A stretch of DNA of 63,185 bases, counting the filler, from Octopus bimaculoides (Eukaryota), in NCBI RefSeq assembly GCF_001194135.2. It is 4 parts of 3 records of this genome, joined end to end, with 100 filler letters (N's around TTAATTAATTAA, not from the genome) between each part and the next. Parts side by side here need not be neighbours in the genome. Positions count along the whole stretch, not along the records: positions 18,721 to 40,646 come from NC_068999.1; positions 40,747 to 60,273 come from NC_068983.1; 2 more parts are not named here. One strand, written 5' to 3'. Below, in pieces: positions 37,875-51,989 of the stretch (positions are counted from its first letter, which is position 1; each line of letters opens with the position of its first letter). Both the position numbers and the translations under genes were made by a program. Below the pieces are notes generated by a model that had not been told where the DNA came from, searched no databases, and saw nothing but the letters and a program-made list of their open reading frames with translations.

Positions 37875-38052
37875 GCAGCAGCAGCAGCAGCAGCGGCGGC
37901 GGCGGCGGTGGCAGTGGCAGTGGTCATGGCCGTCATGCTGATAATGACAATGGCGACGACAATGATGATAATTATTACGAGGACGATGTGGATGATGACA
38001 ATGATAATGATGATCTCGATGATGATGGTGATGATGATAATGATGATGGTGG

Positions 38053-38086
<34 letters not shown>

Positions 38087-38135
38087 AATGATGATGATAA
38101 TGACGACGATGACGAAGATGACGACGATGATGATT
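37875..38135. repeat. Compound (GCA)n(GCG)n ... (GAT)n trinucleotide tract
   Basis: Read directly. It produces the poly-D, poly-M and poly-H ORFs in the track. Confidence 0.9.
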
Positions 38136-38745
38136 AGCGGTGATTCCAACGCAATGGTTGTAGGAGAGGTATCTCTGTAGTAGAGAACATTTCACCACGT
38201 ACACTACCGGCGCATTACCACCACCGTCGATCACTTGGCTCACAATAATTAAAACGCATAGAAAACATCTGTATATCTTTTTGGAGTCTATCAAATATTA
38301 ATTAAGATAAAGGAAAGTCTGCTGAGAACAAAGGTATGTAAATAAAACATATCAGGTGTAAATCTAGCTAGATAGATGTTTAAAAACCTGGAAAGATAGA
38401 TAGATAGATTGATAATTAGATAGACAGTCATGTAAATAGGTTAGGTGGGTGGTTAGAGAGATAGTGAGAAAGAGAAAGAGAGAGAAAGAGAGAAAGAAAG
38501 AGAGAGAGAGAGTGAAAGAGAAAGAGAAAAGAGAGAAAAAGAGATAGAAAAAGAGAGAAAGACACATAAGTAGGTATGGATATAGGTAGATAGGTAAGTA
38601 AGTTGGATAGACAGATAGCAAAATATGTGTGTATGTGTCCACACGCACACACACACATACACACACACATTCACTCTCTCTCTCTCACACGCACGTACAG
38701 ATAAATAGATAGATAGCTAGACAGAAAGAAAGATAGGTAAGTAGG

Positions 38746-38783
<38 letters not shown>

Positions 38784-38925
38784 CGCAGACACAAACAGTA
38801 AAGGGTAAGAGAAAGAGGTAGGATAGAGACAAAGAGCTAAATAGATTACCACATGTGAATATATTATTGTGCGTGTGCGCACATGTAGTGAGGTCTATGT
38901 ATGCCTATCTTAGACACTAAGTATC

Positions 38926-38994
<69 letters not shown>

Positions 38995-39125
38995 GATCTA
39001 TCTATCTATCTATCGGCCTGGGTAGCTGTTTAAGGATTTATATATTAGACTGTCAATCTCTATTTGATAAACCTGTGTGAGTGCAAGTGCATCTATACCT
39101 ATTCGTGGGTGAGTTGTACCAAGTA

Positions 39126-39164
<39 letters not shown>

Positions 39165-39380
39165 GATAAAACGTACTTTGAAGAGGTTGCGTGGCGTTCA
39201 ATCATATATTAATACAAATAATTTAACTTTTCCTATATTTCTGATGAAGAGCTCCGCTCGAAATGTGAAATCCTCTTTCTTTTCTTTTCTTTCCTGGTTC
39301 AATAACACAGTACTTGTACCACGTCCTCGCGTTGTTGTTTTTTCGTGTTTTTTCTTGCTTGTTCATGTTTGGATTGACTA
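39165..39380 (+). mobile_element. Penelope-like terminal-repeat relic with a hammerhead core
   Basis: 39238-39270 reads UUU-CUGAUGA-A-GAGC ucc GCUC-GAAAU-GUG-AAA. Related to 25255-25289. Confidence 0.6.
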
Positions 39381-40124
39381 TATATATATATATATATATN
39401 NNNNNNNNNNNNNNNNNNNNNNNNNNNNNNNNNNNNNNNNNNNNNNNNNNNNNNNNNNNNNNNNNNNNNNNNNNNNNNNNNNNNNNNNNNNNNNNNNNNN
39501 NNNNNNNNNNNNNNNNNNNNNNNNNNNNNNNNNNNNNNNNNNNNNNNNNNNNNNNNNNNNNNNNNNNNNNNNNNNNNNNNNNNNNNNNNNNNNNNNNNNN
39601 NNNNNNNNNNNNNNNNNNNNNNNNNNNNNNNNNNNNNNNNNNNNNNNNNNNNNNNNNNNNNNNNNNNNNNNNNNNNNNNNNNNNNNNNNNNNNNNNNNNN
39701 NNNNNNNNNNNNNNNNNNNNNNNNNNNNNNNNNNNNNNNNNNNNNNNNNNNNNNNNNNNNNNNNNNNNNNNNNNNNNNNNNNNNNNNNNNNNNNNNNNNN
39801 NNNNNNNNNNNNNNNNNNNNNNNNNNNNNNNNNNNNNNNNNNNNNNNNNNNNNNNNNNNNNNNNNNNNNNNNNNNNNNNNNNNNNNNNNNNNNNNNNNNN
39901 NNNNNNNNNNNNNNNNNNNNNNNNNNNNNNNNNNNNNNNNNNNNNNNNNNNNNNNNNNNNNNNNNNNNNNNNNNNNNNNNNNNNNNNNNNNNNNNNNNNN
40001 NNNNNNNNNNNNNNNNNNNNNNNNNNNNNNNNNNNNNNNNNNNNNNNNNNNNNNNNNNNNNNNNNNNNNNNNNNNNNNNNNNNNNNNNNNNNNNNNNNNN
40101 NNNNNNNNNNNNNNNNNNNNNNNN

Positions 40125-40174
<50 letters not shown>

Positions 40175-40646
40175 GCATACATGCACACATGCACTCATAC
40201 ATACGCACACATATGTATATATTCATATATACACACATATAGATACACATATAAGTTTGAGTGTGTATATATCTGTTAATGTATGTGCGTTTCTTTATAT
40301 GTATGTAAATAAAGGAACATAATTCTCTCCAAATCAGCCAAGCTATGTGAAATAAAACAGACAATAGTGTGTTCAGATAACTTCGGTTGCAATATGAATG
40401 TGGAATAATCGGAGAGACTTCTTTACAATGTCTGCTTTGGCAATTATTTCCACGTCTAGAATCAATATTTCCTGTACAGTGTTGGAGAGATATCAAAATA
40501 TATGTCATAATTAATATTCAGTCTCACTGAGCCGTACATTAGCATACAAACACACACACACATACACACACACACACAAACACACATACACAAACACACT
40601 ATGACTAATATATATATATATACATAATATACATACATACATACAT

Positions 40647-40746
40647 NNNNNNNNNNNNNNNNNNNNNNNNNNNNNNNNNNNNNNNNNNNNTTAATTAATT
40701 AANNNNNNNNNNNNNNNNNNNNNNNNNNNNNNNNNNNNNNNNNNNN
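40647..40746. other. Artificial 100-bp scaffold spacer
   Basis: 44 N + TTAATTAATTAA + 44 N. Confidence 0.92.
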
Positions 40747-40835
40747 GAAGAAGAAGAAGAAGAAGAAGAAGAAGAAGAAGAAGAAGAAGAAGAAGAAGAA
40801 GAAGAAGAAGAAGAAGAAGAAGAAGAAGAAGAAGA

Positions 40836-41759
40836 AAAGCTATTAAACAATTGAAATCCAAACTAATACTAGAACAGCAACGGACCATGATAAATCGATG
40901 GCAAGAAAAGCCCCTACATGGTAATTACTGGGCTAAACTAAATGCGAAAGAAATAGACAGAGAAAAATCCCAGCAATGGCTGAGAAGCTCAGCACTCAAA
41001 GCAGAGACTGAAGGATTTTTAATTGCTGCACAAAACCAAAGCCTCCCCGCCAGAAATTACCAAAAACACATAAAGAAAAGAAATATAACCAGTAACTGTA
41101 GAATATGTGGAGATGGACAAGAAACAATAAATCATATTATCTCTGGCAGCCCAGTCCTGGCTAAGAAGAAATATATTCACAGACACGACAGACCTGGGAC
41201 CTATATACACTGGAAGCTATGCCAACACTATGGAATAACAACAGAAAAAAGTTGGTATAAACACACGCCAGAAAAGGTCACAGAAAACGAGGAAGCAAAC
41301 ATACTCTGGGATATGCCAATACACACAGATAGAGAAATTAAGGCAAATAGACCAGATATAGTTGTCAAAGACCGGGAAGAAAAAAAATGCTTTCTAATTA
41401 ATGCATCAATACCAGCAGATGACAACGTTTCTCTAAAAGAAATTGAAAAATTTCAAAATACAAAGACCTGGAGATAGAGATAACTCGCATGTTGAATCTA
41501 AAAACAGAAACAATTCCTATCATAGTAGGTGCCTTAGGTATAATAAAAAAATATTCAGACAGATACATAACAAAAACACCAGGACTTACAAATATATATA
41601 ACATACAGAAAATTACACTACTGGGTACTGCACACATTCAACGCAAAACACTTTCAATACAGTAAACATAAGAGCATCACAGCAAACCACAGCACATACC
41701 CAAGGCACACAGAGCTGCGCTTGGTAGGGAAGTGAAAGCTCGTTATAAAAATAAAACTA

Positions 41760-41762
<3 letters not shown>
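40836..41762 (+). mobile_element. R4/Dong-clade non-LTR retrotransposon, 3' fragment (CCHC knuckle + RLE endonuclease + 3' UTR)
   Basis: WQEKPLHG, LKAETEGFLIAAQ, CRICGDGQETINHIISG, ILWDMPIHTDREIKANRPDIVV..KKCFLI. It follows (GAA)n and ends in (TAA)n at about 41763-41810. Confidence 0.92.
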
Positions 41763-41810
<48 letters not shown>

Positions 41811-41811
<1 letters not shown>

Positions 41812-44490
41812 GCAAAAAAATTAACAGTAACAAACCTGCAAGAGCTGCAACAATAATAATACAGGGAAATAGGGAAAGAAATAATAACCAATGAAAATCC
41901 ACCCCTAATGGAGGAAGTTGGAACATTTCGGAAAGGGATCTGGAGTGATGAAAAATTATACAATGAAAATGCAGATTGGATTAAATGCTCTCGAGATGCC
42001 TACAAAAATCTACAAGAACAGGAATGGGAAGACATCTCAATCGCCGACCTGAGAAGGGCACTAACGAAGGCTCATAAGTGAAAATCCCCTCGTATTGATA
42101 GAGTACCACATTTCTAGCATACAAAATGTTAGTAATACTATTTAACCCGGAAAAAACTTCCCATTGGATGGCAAATGGTATTACTTACTTCCTCCCGCAA
42201 AATATCGAAAGCAAAGACAAAAATCTACCGGCCTATAATATGTGTTTCTACTATCTATAATATTTTTGACATCGTTTATAGTGGAGAAAACATATACGTT
42301 TATGGAAGAGAATAAAATCTTTCCCACCGAAGAAAAAGGATGCTGACGAGGCTCATAGGGATGCAAAGATCAGCTCTTAATTAATCGCATGAACCTTGAG
42401 AACTGCCATAACAAGCGCAGAAATATCAGCTCTTCATGAATTGATTACAAAATAATCTTTGACAGCATACCACATTCGTGGATTCTGAAATCGCTGGACA
42501 TTTCTCAAAATTTCTCCTGTGATTTCAGATGTTTTAAAGTATAATATGTCACTATGTAACACAAAGCTCCAATTATATCATTCTAATGGAGTATTGCGCA
42601 CAAACAACATTAGCATAAACTGTGGAATCTTCCAAGGTGACTCACGGACTCTAATAATTTTCTGCATAGTCCTAATACCACTCTCAAGTGAACTGAATAA
42701 AACAGGGTATGGCTACAAAATTTACAACAAGAATATAAGCCATTTATTTTATATGGATGATTTAAAACTATATGGCAGAGTTGATGAAGAGCTTGGAGGA
42801 CTACTACACACTGTGAAAGGATTCAGTGATGATATCGAGAAGGAGTTTGGCCTTGCAAAGTGTGCCAAAGCCACTTTTAAGAAAGAGAATCTGGTAAAGT
42901 CAAGTTCAATAGAATTAGATGTCGAAACAGTAATTAAGTTACTTGAGCAGGAACAAACCTATAAATGCCTAGGAATAAATGAAGGCTGTGGTATTCAGCA
43001 TGCAAGCATGAAAGAGAAGGATAGGAAAGAATGTTATAGAAGAGTTCCAGCAGTTCTGAAGACTGAGATGAATGTATGTAAGTTGTTAGCCATAAATTCC
43101 TTTGCATTATCAGTTGTTCTTTATAGCTTCAATGTGCTTAACTGGAATACCGGTGAAATAATGAAAATTGATAGAAAAATCTGGAAGCTAATGACTTGTA
43201 ATAAGATGCACCATCCAAAGGTAGACGTGGATCGTCTTTGCGTTCCTAGAGCTCAGGGAGGTCTAGGCTTGATCCAGCATGAACGTACGTACAAAATCAC
43301 CACAATCGGGCTGGCCAAATACCTTGAAACAACCAACGATTGAATGCTGAAAATTGTTGAAAAACATGAAAGACCGAAAACAATTCAATCTATACTGAAA
43401 GAGAACAAAAAAAGTCGCTACTGATCTCTTAGATACTCACCAGCTTCATCAGGTTGAAAGAAATTCGCCAATTACTGCTGCAAAGAAAATAAAATTAATT
43501 GCAAAGACAAAAGCACATGAAAAATTAGCTTGCAGATGGGAACTGAAACCTCAGTATGGCAAGTATGTGGCCTGTAGCAAACAAGCTGATGTGTACCAGA
43601 AACACACGCATCAATGGTTATGAAGGTCAGGGCTAAACATAGAGAGTGAGGGTTTCATATTTACTGTTCAAGACCAAAGCTTATTAACCCGGAACTACCA
43701 AGCAAATGTGATACAAATGGAGCTGACCCAAAATGCCGATTCTGTAACGATGAGATTGAAACTATAGACCATCTAATCTCAGGGTGTAGAATCTTAGCAC
43801 CTGTAGAATATAAAGCAAGTCATGACACAGTTGGCCAGTATTTACACTGGACAATATGTCAGCATTATAAAATGAAAACCGCTGACAAATGGTATAAACA
43901 CCCTCCTGAAGCTGTGATTGAAGGAGAAAATGTGTCGATTCTCTGGGACGTCCCCGTACATATCGACAAATCTATAAAAGCTAATAAACCAGATATTATT
44001 ATAAATGATCAGACAAAAAAGATGTGTTTTTTAATTGACATGAGTATTCCTTGCGGTCATAACATAGCGCCGAAAGAATTTGACAATATCAGTAAATATA
44101 AAGACTTGCTAATAGAAATTGAAAAACAAAATGTGGCATCTCAAGGCGACTACTGTACCACTGACTGTAGGATCTCTAGGAATGACAAAAAAAAAAAAAG
44201 GGACTGAAACCTATTTGGAAATGATACCAGGCCTACCATCCCTGCAGGGAGTGCAAAACATCATGTTAACTGGGACGACTCATGTACCGAGAAGAGCATT
44301 ATCGCTGTGAAAACAACATCTATTCATGAAGTTATTTATTTATTATTTGTTTACATATCTACTTTACCTGTAAATTTGCGTGTGTAAACGGGGAATGTAT
44401 ACAATGAGCTTCTCTGCCCTAGGTGTACGGAAAACACTCGGCGAGAAATGGAAGAAAATTTGAAGAAAGAATAAAAAAGAACAACATCAA
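41811..44490 (+). mobile_element. R4/Dong-clade non-LTR retrotransposon, 5'-truncated, RT + CCHC + RLE, frameshifted
   Basis: GIFQGDS and HLFYMDDLKLY (ORF 42519-43343), CRFCNDEIETIDHLISGC, ILWDVPVHIDKSIKANKPDIII..MCFLIDMS. It starts in one (TAA)n array and ends in another at about 44491-44545. Confidence 0.93.
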
Positions 44491-44491
44491 C

Positions 44492-44545
<54 letters not shown>

Positions 44546-44558
44546 TTGATGATAACGG

Positions 44559-44594
<36 letters not shown>

Positions 44595-47500
44595 CAATGA
44601 TGACGATGATAATGAGAAAAACAAGAGTCATCATCATCATCATCATTATTTTTATAAATTTTGTGGTGATAATATTGATCCATATGATGAAAATTATAAA
44701 GCGCTGGTAGTAAAGCAAAATTGCCAGCGATTTAAATTGACCATATCTATCTAAGAAAATACTTTTTGAAATGCAGTATTTTATTCACACCAATCTCATG
44801 GCAATTAAGAAGTCCTTTACCAGATTTTATCGATTGTTTTATTCTAATGTATTTCAAACATTGCGTGATACAAGACGCATAGCGAAAGCGGAACCTAGCT
44901 TCGGCAACCGGATACTCTCATGGTGTTTGCTATTATATTATGAAAACTTCTTATGAATAAGCTGGATTTATGTGAATGACTTGAAATTGTAAATACAAAG
45001 AGAATGCAATCTCAGTGACTCAGTTATATGGATATTAGTGATACATATACGTGACATTAATCAATTCCTTCCATATCAGAACAAGGAGGTAAAGAAAAAA
45101 ATAATTCTTGTAAAGCTTGAAATAACTAGAGGAAAATGTATGGCTTATGAAACTATAATTTTATTCATATATGGAAGAAACTATTTCATTGAGTTAAGAG
45201 ATGGATTAGCAATAAAATGATCTAATTGAATTGTAATATAATGGATTTCTACAGCTATGCTATAATTTAGCCAGTGATCTCATATTGATGAAATATCTAT
45301 GATGAACTATAAATGCATATTGCCTAATATTAAAGCTTTCCCGTCCGTTTTTGTTGGGAATCACAGGAATGAAATTGCAAAGTGAAAAAAAAAAGTATAA
45401 ATAAAAGCGCCTGGATGTTATATGTCAATGATAATGTCACAAGCATCCTTTCCGATAATACGTCCGTTGGCTTTTAATAACATTGAATAGTAAACAGCAA
45501 ATCATTGAATATTAACATCAACAAAAAACTGAGCATGATTGCATTACATCATGTGCTATTTCGGAAAATGTTAAGAAATACTAGCACATGTCAATTTTGA
45601 GTTACCAACATTATACGGCCATATAAATCCTCACTAAATTTACTATTTACTTTCACTAGCCTTCAAATAACATCATGTTGTCCACTAGAAGTTAGATCTA
45701 GGAACTGACACAATAGCTGCTCGCATTCTTGCATGGAGTAGGTTCGCTGCCTCCTTTTGTCTAATACAATTTTATTACTTCTACGCTACAATTTTGAGTG
45801 CATAGGCATAATGAAATGTTACCAATATCTAGATTACTGGATGTATTCATATGCGATAATTTGATTTGATTCTGCATGGAACGGAAATAATGAAATTAAA
45901 AATACACTCATATCCCATGTATTTGTGTTGTACTAATGTAGTACAACCAAAACCTTTTGCACATAGTACATAAATAAATATCTATAAAAATCTATATGTC
46001 AACGTTTCAATACCATCAGTGTCTCATGCTAAAGAAATGAGATGATGATGATCTTATATCATGCGCAAAAACTCCGTTATCTAATGGGTCTATGGCTAGA
46101 CCCAGTAGACAAATATGACTTCAGTATAGATTATGGAAGGACACAATAGTTCTGTTGAATATTGTACAATGAAATTGTTTTTTTAATTACTGTTCATGTA
46201 GCTTTTTCAAAATAATATTTGTACCTACATAGTTCTGTTAATTTAATATCGTTCTATCTTGACATTTAAATCGGGATATGATACGCCCATATCTTAACCA
46301 CTGTATCCCGTTTTTTTAGCTAATTATAAAAGAATGTGCTTTCTCTAGAGTAGTGCAACTCTTCTTTGCTTAGATATTCATGAATAAGTGAGATGCAGCA
46401 ATAAGAAAGTAAGAAAAGTTTTTTTTTTCTTTTTAGTATATGATGGTTCACTACATTTGTTTACAAATTTCAAAAACAATTGAAACGTAATTGGAAATTG
46501 AAGTGAGAATAAATACACTGAGAATTCAGAATGCAGTCTGTGCAATCAATGAAATATATTGTACGCATCTAAACATGATACATTTATCTAGTAAAGCTGA
46601 TTCTAAAATTGCATGTCAATGAAAAAAAAAAAAAGACGTACGCACGGAGAATGTGGTGGATAAATTTAAGGCTGAGTCCTCCGTATCAGTTATATGAATT
46701 GCATTTCCGACATTATCAACCTTTAACTTTAGCGTTTCTAATCCAACAAAACACATTTGCTTGCTGTGATTTGCGGTCGAAAACACTTGTTCATGAAATC
46801 AGAGAACTTGTACTCCAATGAGAAATACACACGATTCTATGAACATTTTATGTATCAATATTTTACATGAATATTAAATGCGTAAGTTGAATATACATTA
46901 TTTACCAACGGAATGATCTGTGTGATCCAAACACAAAACAATACTGAGCGCTATACATCTTTCTTATAGTAAAAATATTCAATATGAATGACTATAGTGA
47001 ACAATTAACGTAATAAGCAGTGATGGTGCATGGAATATCTATTGGTTTCGCTTCTCTACATAAATGCATTCCTTTCAACGATATAGATCACATTCATATT
47101 TTGCAAAACATTTTAATTCCTGGCTGGTTTCTAAAAAAAGACATATGCACGTTACATTCTTAAATATATTTTGTCAACCCAGCTATCATTCTGTTTTGAT
47201 TAGATACACACAAAGCTAATCCTTAAATACCATATATAAGATGTAATATTCTTCCGCCTTTATTAGAGAACACATTCGAAGAATCAATTATTTGACAGCT
47301 ATGGCAATGTTAATTTTACATTCTCAGATCAATATTTTCTGTCTTATTTCAGAAACATGTTATTGTATGGTGTGTAATAGTGGATTGTGTGATATTTAGA
47401 ATATGTAGTTTATGAACTCGCTGCTACTAGACGTCATTTTAGATTTTATAAATCATTTCTGCACATGACCATCAGCGAATATATTTTACTTATAGAGCTG

Positions 47501-47668
47501 ATGAACATTCCATTTCTTTCTCGCGCTACTGAGGCTTTAAAGTACAATGGGGGTAGAAAGTTTCCACTGCTATAAAACAAATTAAGTCAGAATTGAATAT
47601 TTTTCGATATATGTAATTCAAGATGTTATGCGAGAAATGCTACAACAGGTACTACTAAAATGTAACAA

Positions 47669-48364
<696 letters not shown>

Positions 48365-48389
48365 TAATAATAATAATAATAATAAGAGC

Positions 48390-49133
48390 AATCAGAAATG
48401 GCAAACCGCTGCCAAGACAACACCAGCGTCCTCCCAACGATTAGCCGGATAGTATTTTTAAAATGAGAATATCTAACATAAACTCGACTGCTCTCAGAAA
48501 AGAGAATACTGAAAATGAACCCAACCGCTCTAGAAAAATAAATAAAAACAGAACATGTAAAATAACCCAGCATCCTTGCTCGGTACCAGATCGATCCCAA
48601 AATCTAAGCAGTTCATGCCAGTCACAAAGCCAAGCATGTCTGAAAGTTACATCTGAATCCGTCCAGCGGTTCATGAAATACCTTGGCGAAGGACAAAAGG
48701 AACCAAACAAACAAAATATTTCGGTAATTTTCTCCGGTGCAATTGCACAAGTTCGGTATGTCACTACTATTCGGAAATGGAGTGAAAATGAACAAAAAGT
48801 GCTAGAAAGTTACTTATAATGCATGGAGCCAATCACGGATCGCCTATGCATGAAGATATCAAATGTAGGAATGGAACTGATAAGTATGAAAGCTGGCATG
48901 CATGTCACACTTGTGAACTTGCTGATATAATTGTCACTGTGATAAGAAACCTTGCTAGTCGTACTTTGAGATGAGGCTATATTGGAAGAAGAAACAAAAA
49001 AAAATAGAACAAAACAAGTACGAGAGGGCCATGAAGAAACACTACGCATCAAGGCACTAAAGAATAACCAGCCAGTAGACATAAATGAAGTTGGTGGAGA
49101 AGAACGTTGTGATTGGTTAAAGAATGGAACTTT

Positions 49134-49213
<80 letters not shown>

Positions 49214-49510
49214 ATGAGAACAGAATACTGGCGCGCAGGACCAATCTTTAGCCACATGTTAGAGAAATCGTCTCCATTGTGCCAATTCAGTAATATAATG
49301 GACGAAACAACTTCCCATATCGTGAAAGAATGCCCTCGACATGCCCAAATGAATATCATTTGTGGTGACACCTTGAAGTGGCGAGAAAACGAAATTGGAT
49401 ACTGAGAAAAGTGGGCCCTAGTGGGAGGTTGGGGGTATGATCACAAAGCACTGAATGTGTTTGAGTAAGACATCTGGAAAATTCAGTGGGATTTTTCAAT
49501 GCAAATACAA
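48390..49510 (+). mobile_element. Internally deleted R4/Dong-like element (N-terminus joined to CCHC/RLE across a GA microsatellite)
   Basis: RKWSENEQKVLESY at 48772-48817; SPLCQFSNIMDETTSHIVKECPRHAQ at about 49270-49345; YDHKALNVFE..WKIQWDF at about 49435-49496. No RT between them. Confidence 0.6.
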
Positions 49511-50798
49511 TCTTTGCTTGAACACGTAGTGGTTCAGAAGAGGATGGACAATATGTGCTGTATAATGGGCGTTTTGTTCTCCTACTGAGTTTTTTGAAAT
49601 AAAGTAGGGACGAATGAGCTATCATACTTCACAAATTACGTGAAATTCTCGATAGAATTGTTTTCGATACTTTTACTAATATACACTTTTAAGTGTTTCA
49701 TACAATCTTGAATGTTTTTGATGTATGAAAACCTGAAAACATTAAACGCACAAAGAGACAAGATCAATATCACGTGCTTCTCCGAAATTATGCTATGTTA
49801 TATTAATTGATTGAGATTTCCGAAAGCAGATTTCAGTTAGAATGTCAGGGTGTTTCTTTCTTTCTAGTCAGATCTTTAAATTAAGCAGGAAGAAATATTT
49901 AACAATTATACTTGAAAGGCGAACGGGGTTCCCTGCAGAAGAGCAGCACCACCTAAAAATGTGTTTAATATTATAAGATGTGGTTTATCGTAGATATTCT
50001 GATTGCACGGATTTCTGTGATACCATGTCACCAATGAATTCTGTTATTCGCATCTCATATATGAATTGGAAGTTTATTTATAACGAATCTTTCATTACTT
50101 GATGACACAACAATGGATGCCACCACCATTTATATGAAAACATTTCTACTCAGTTAAATCCCTAGTCTGTACTGATAAATGCCTATACTGTCAGAAGAAC
50201 ACTGTAATAAACAATATCATGTGAAATTCCAACAATCGTGACCTTTACTTCCTTTTTCTCATCTATGAGCTCTTGCATGTCAGCAAGTGCCGAAGATAGA
50301 CTTTCTAGCTCGTCTGATTCATGTCTGCAATTTGTATGAAATTCCATATAACCCCCCTTTTCTTCCCCTACATTCAAAATCTGCCTTTTGGTAAATGCTC
50401 GGCTCCTTGAATTCTTATTTGTTAAAGCAAACATTTCTAGTTCGAAAACATCAAAGTATTTTTGCTTCGAAAATGAATGCTGTCACTTCTTTTTTAATAC
50501 AACCCATTTCTCCTTTCAGAAACTATGTCGGCTGCAAGTTACGCTTACATGGTCAACTGAGGCTTTGAATCGACATTTCTATCATCAAAAAGTTCACAGT
50601 TATACAATTTTCACTTACTACGGCTCTATGCATATTGTATTTATTTTTGATACACTTCTAATCTCCAAATAAATATTTCTACTGTTACCTACTCTATAAT
50701 CGGTACGTTTATTCAGTGAGTGTGTGTTTCGATGTTAGAGCTTTATGGTTATTTTTCCTCTTTTTTCACAAATAATTGCTCTTTTGTCGATTTTACAG

Positions 50799-50937
50799 CA
50801 AGGGGGATATTTCTTTATATTGATACAATCATAACCGCTGTGAGAGCCAATTCCCGCTTCGACAATGCTATAAAAGAAGAGATCATTAAAAAAAATATCA
50901 ATGTGAAAACATCTGAAAACTGTCTTACCGAAACTAG
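50799..50937 (+). CDS. Candidate 139-nt internal exon RGIFLYIDTIITAVRANSRFDNAIKEEIIKKNINVKTSENCLTET, product unknown
   Basis: Acceptor gctcttttgtcgattttacag, donor ag|gtaaac, 45 open codons (phase 1 to 2) in unique sequence. Confidence 0.4.
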
Positions 50938-51699
50938 GTAAACAAGGCAAGCATTTTAGTATTGAATATATCGCAAGAACATTTCTTCCATTCACCCCAA
51001 ACATAATTAAAATGGCATAAAGACGACAACACTGACGGTCACTATGATAAGGACGATGATGCTGATCGCGGTGGTGGTGGTGATGATGATGATGAGGAGG
51101 AGGAGGAGGAGGAGGAGGAGGAGGAAGAGGATGATGATGTTGATCATCATCATCATCATGACGATCATGGTAACGAACATGATGAAGTGGATGACGATGT
51201 TTATCATAATTTATATTTTCTGAATAATTTTTTTTTTTACTTTTACTCTGCATATTTGTTACAATCACTTGCCGAGACACACCCAGCATCCTAGGGCGAG
51301 TGAATGATAAGAGATTTTACAATNNNNNNNNNNNNNNNNNNNNNNNNNNNNNNNNNNNNNNNNNNNNNNNNNNNNNNNNNNNNNNNNNNNNNNNNNNNNN
51401 NNNNNNNNNNNNNNNNNNNNNNNNNNNNNNNNNNNNNNNNNNNNNNNNNNNNNNNNNNNNNNNNNNNNNNNNNNNNNNNNNNNNNNNNNNNNNNNNNNNN
51501 NNNNNNNNNNNNNNNNNNNNNNNNNNNNNNNNNNNNNNNNNNNNNNNNNNNNNNNNNNNNNNNNNNNNNNNNNNNNNNNNNNNNNNNNNNNNNNNNNNNN
51601 NNNNNNNNNNNNNNNNNNNNNNNNNNNNNNNNNNNNNNNNNNNNNNNNNNNNNNNNNNNNNNNTATATGTATGTATATATATGTATATATATATGTGTG

Positions 51700-51915
51700 T
51701 GAGTGCGTGTGTGCGTGTCTGTGGTTGCCCCCCCCCCAACATCGTTTGTCAACCGATGATGGTGTGTTTATGTCACCGTAACTTAGCAGTTCAGCAAAAG
51801 AATCCGATAGAATAAATACTAGGCTTACAAAGAATAAGTCCCGGGCTCGATTTGCTCAACTAAAGGCGGTGCGTCAGCATGGCCGCAGCCAATTGACTGA
51901 AACAATTAAAAGATT
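51700..51915 (-). mobile_element. SINE-like repeat (tttcagtcatttgactgcggcc family)
   Basis: Reverse complement of the 8164/15370 family. Confidence 0.75.
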
Positions 51916-51989
51916 AAATGAGTAAAAGTGTATGACCGAAATAGTGCTCCCGGTCACTTATTTTAGGATTCCTTTCATCAGCCAATCGT

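Noticed and set aside
37781-38294. Poly-D, poly-M/A and poly-H ORFs (superficially acidic or reflectin-like)
   Set aside because: They are translations of (GAT)n/(GCA)n microsatellites, open on both strands, with no reflectin M/FD-x5-MD repeat context.
50183-50434. 83-aa minus-strand ORF containing ESDELESLSSALADMQELIDEKKE
   Set aside because: Protein-like, but it has only moderate splice sites, competes with plus-strand exon candidates nearby, and shows no recognisable homology.
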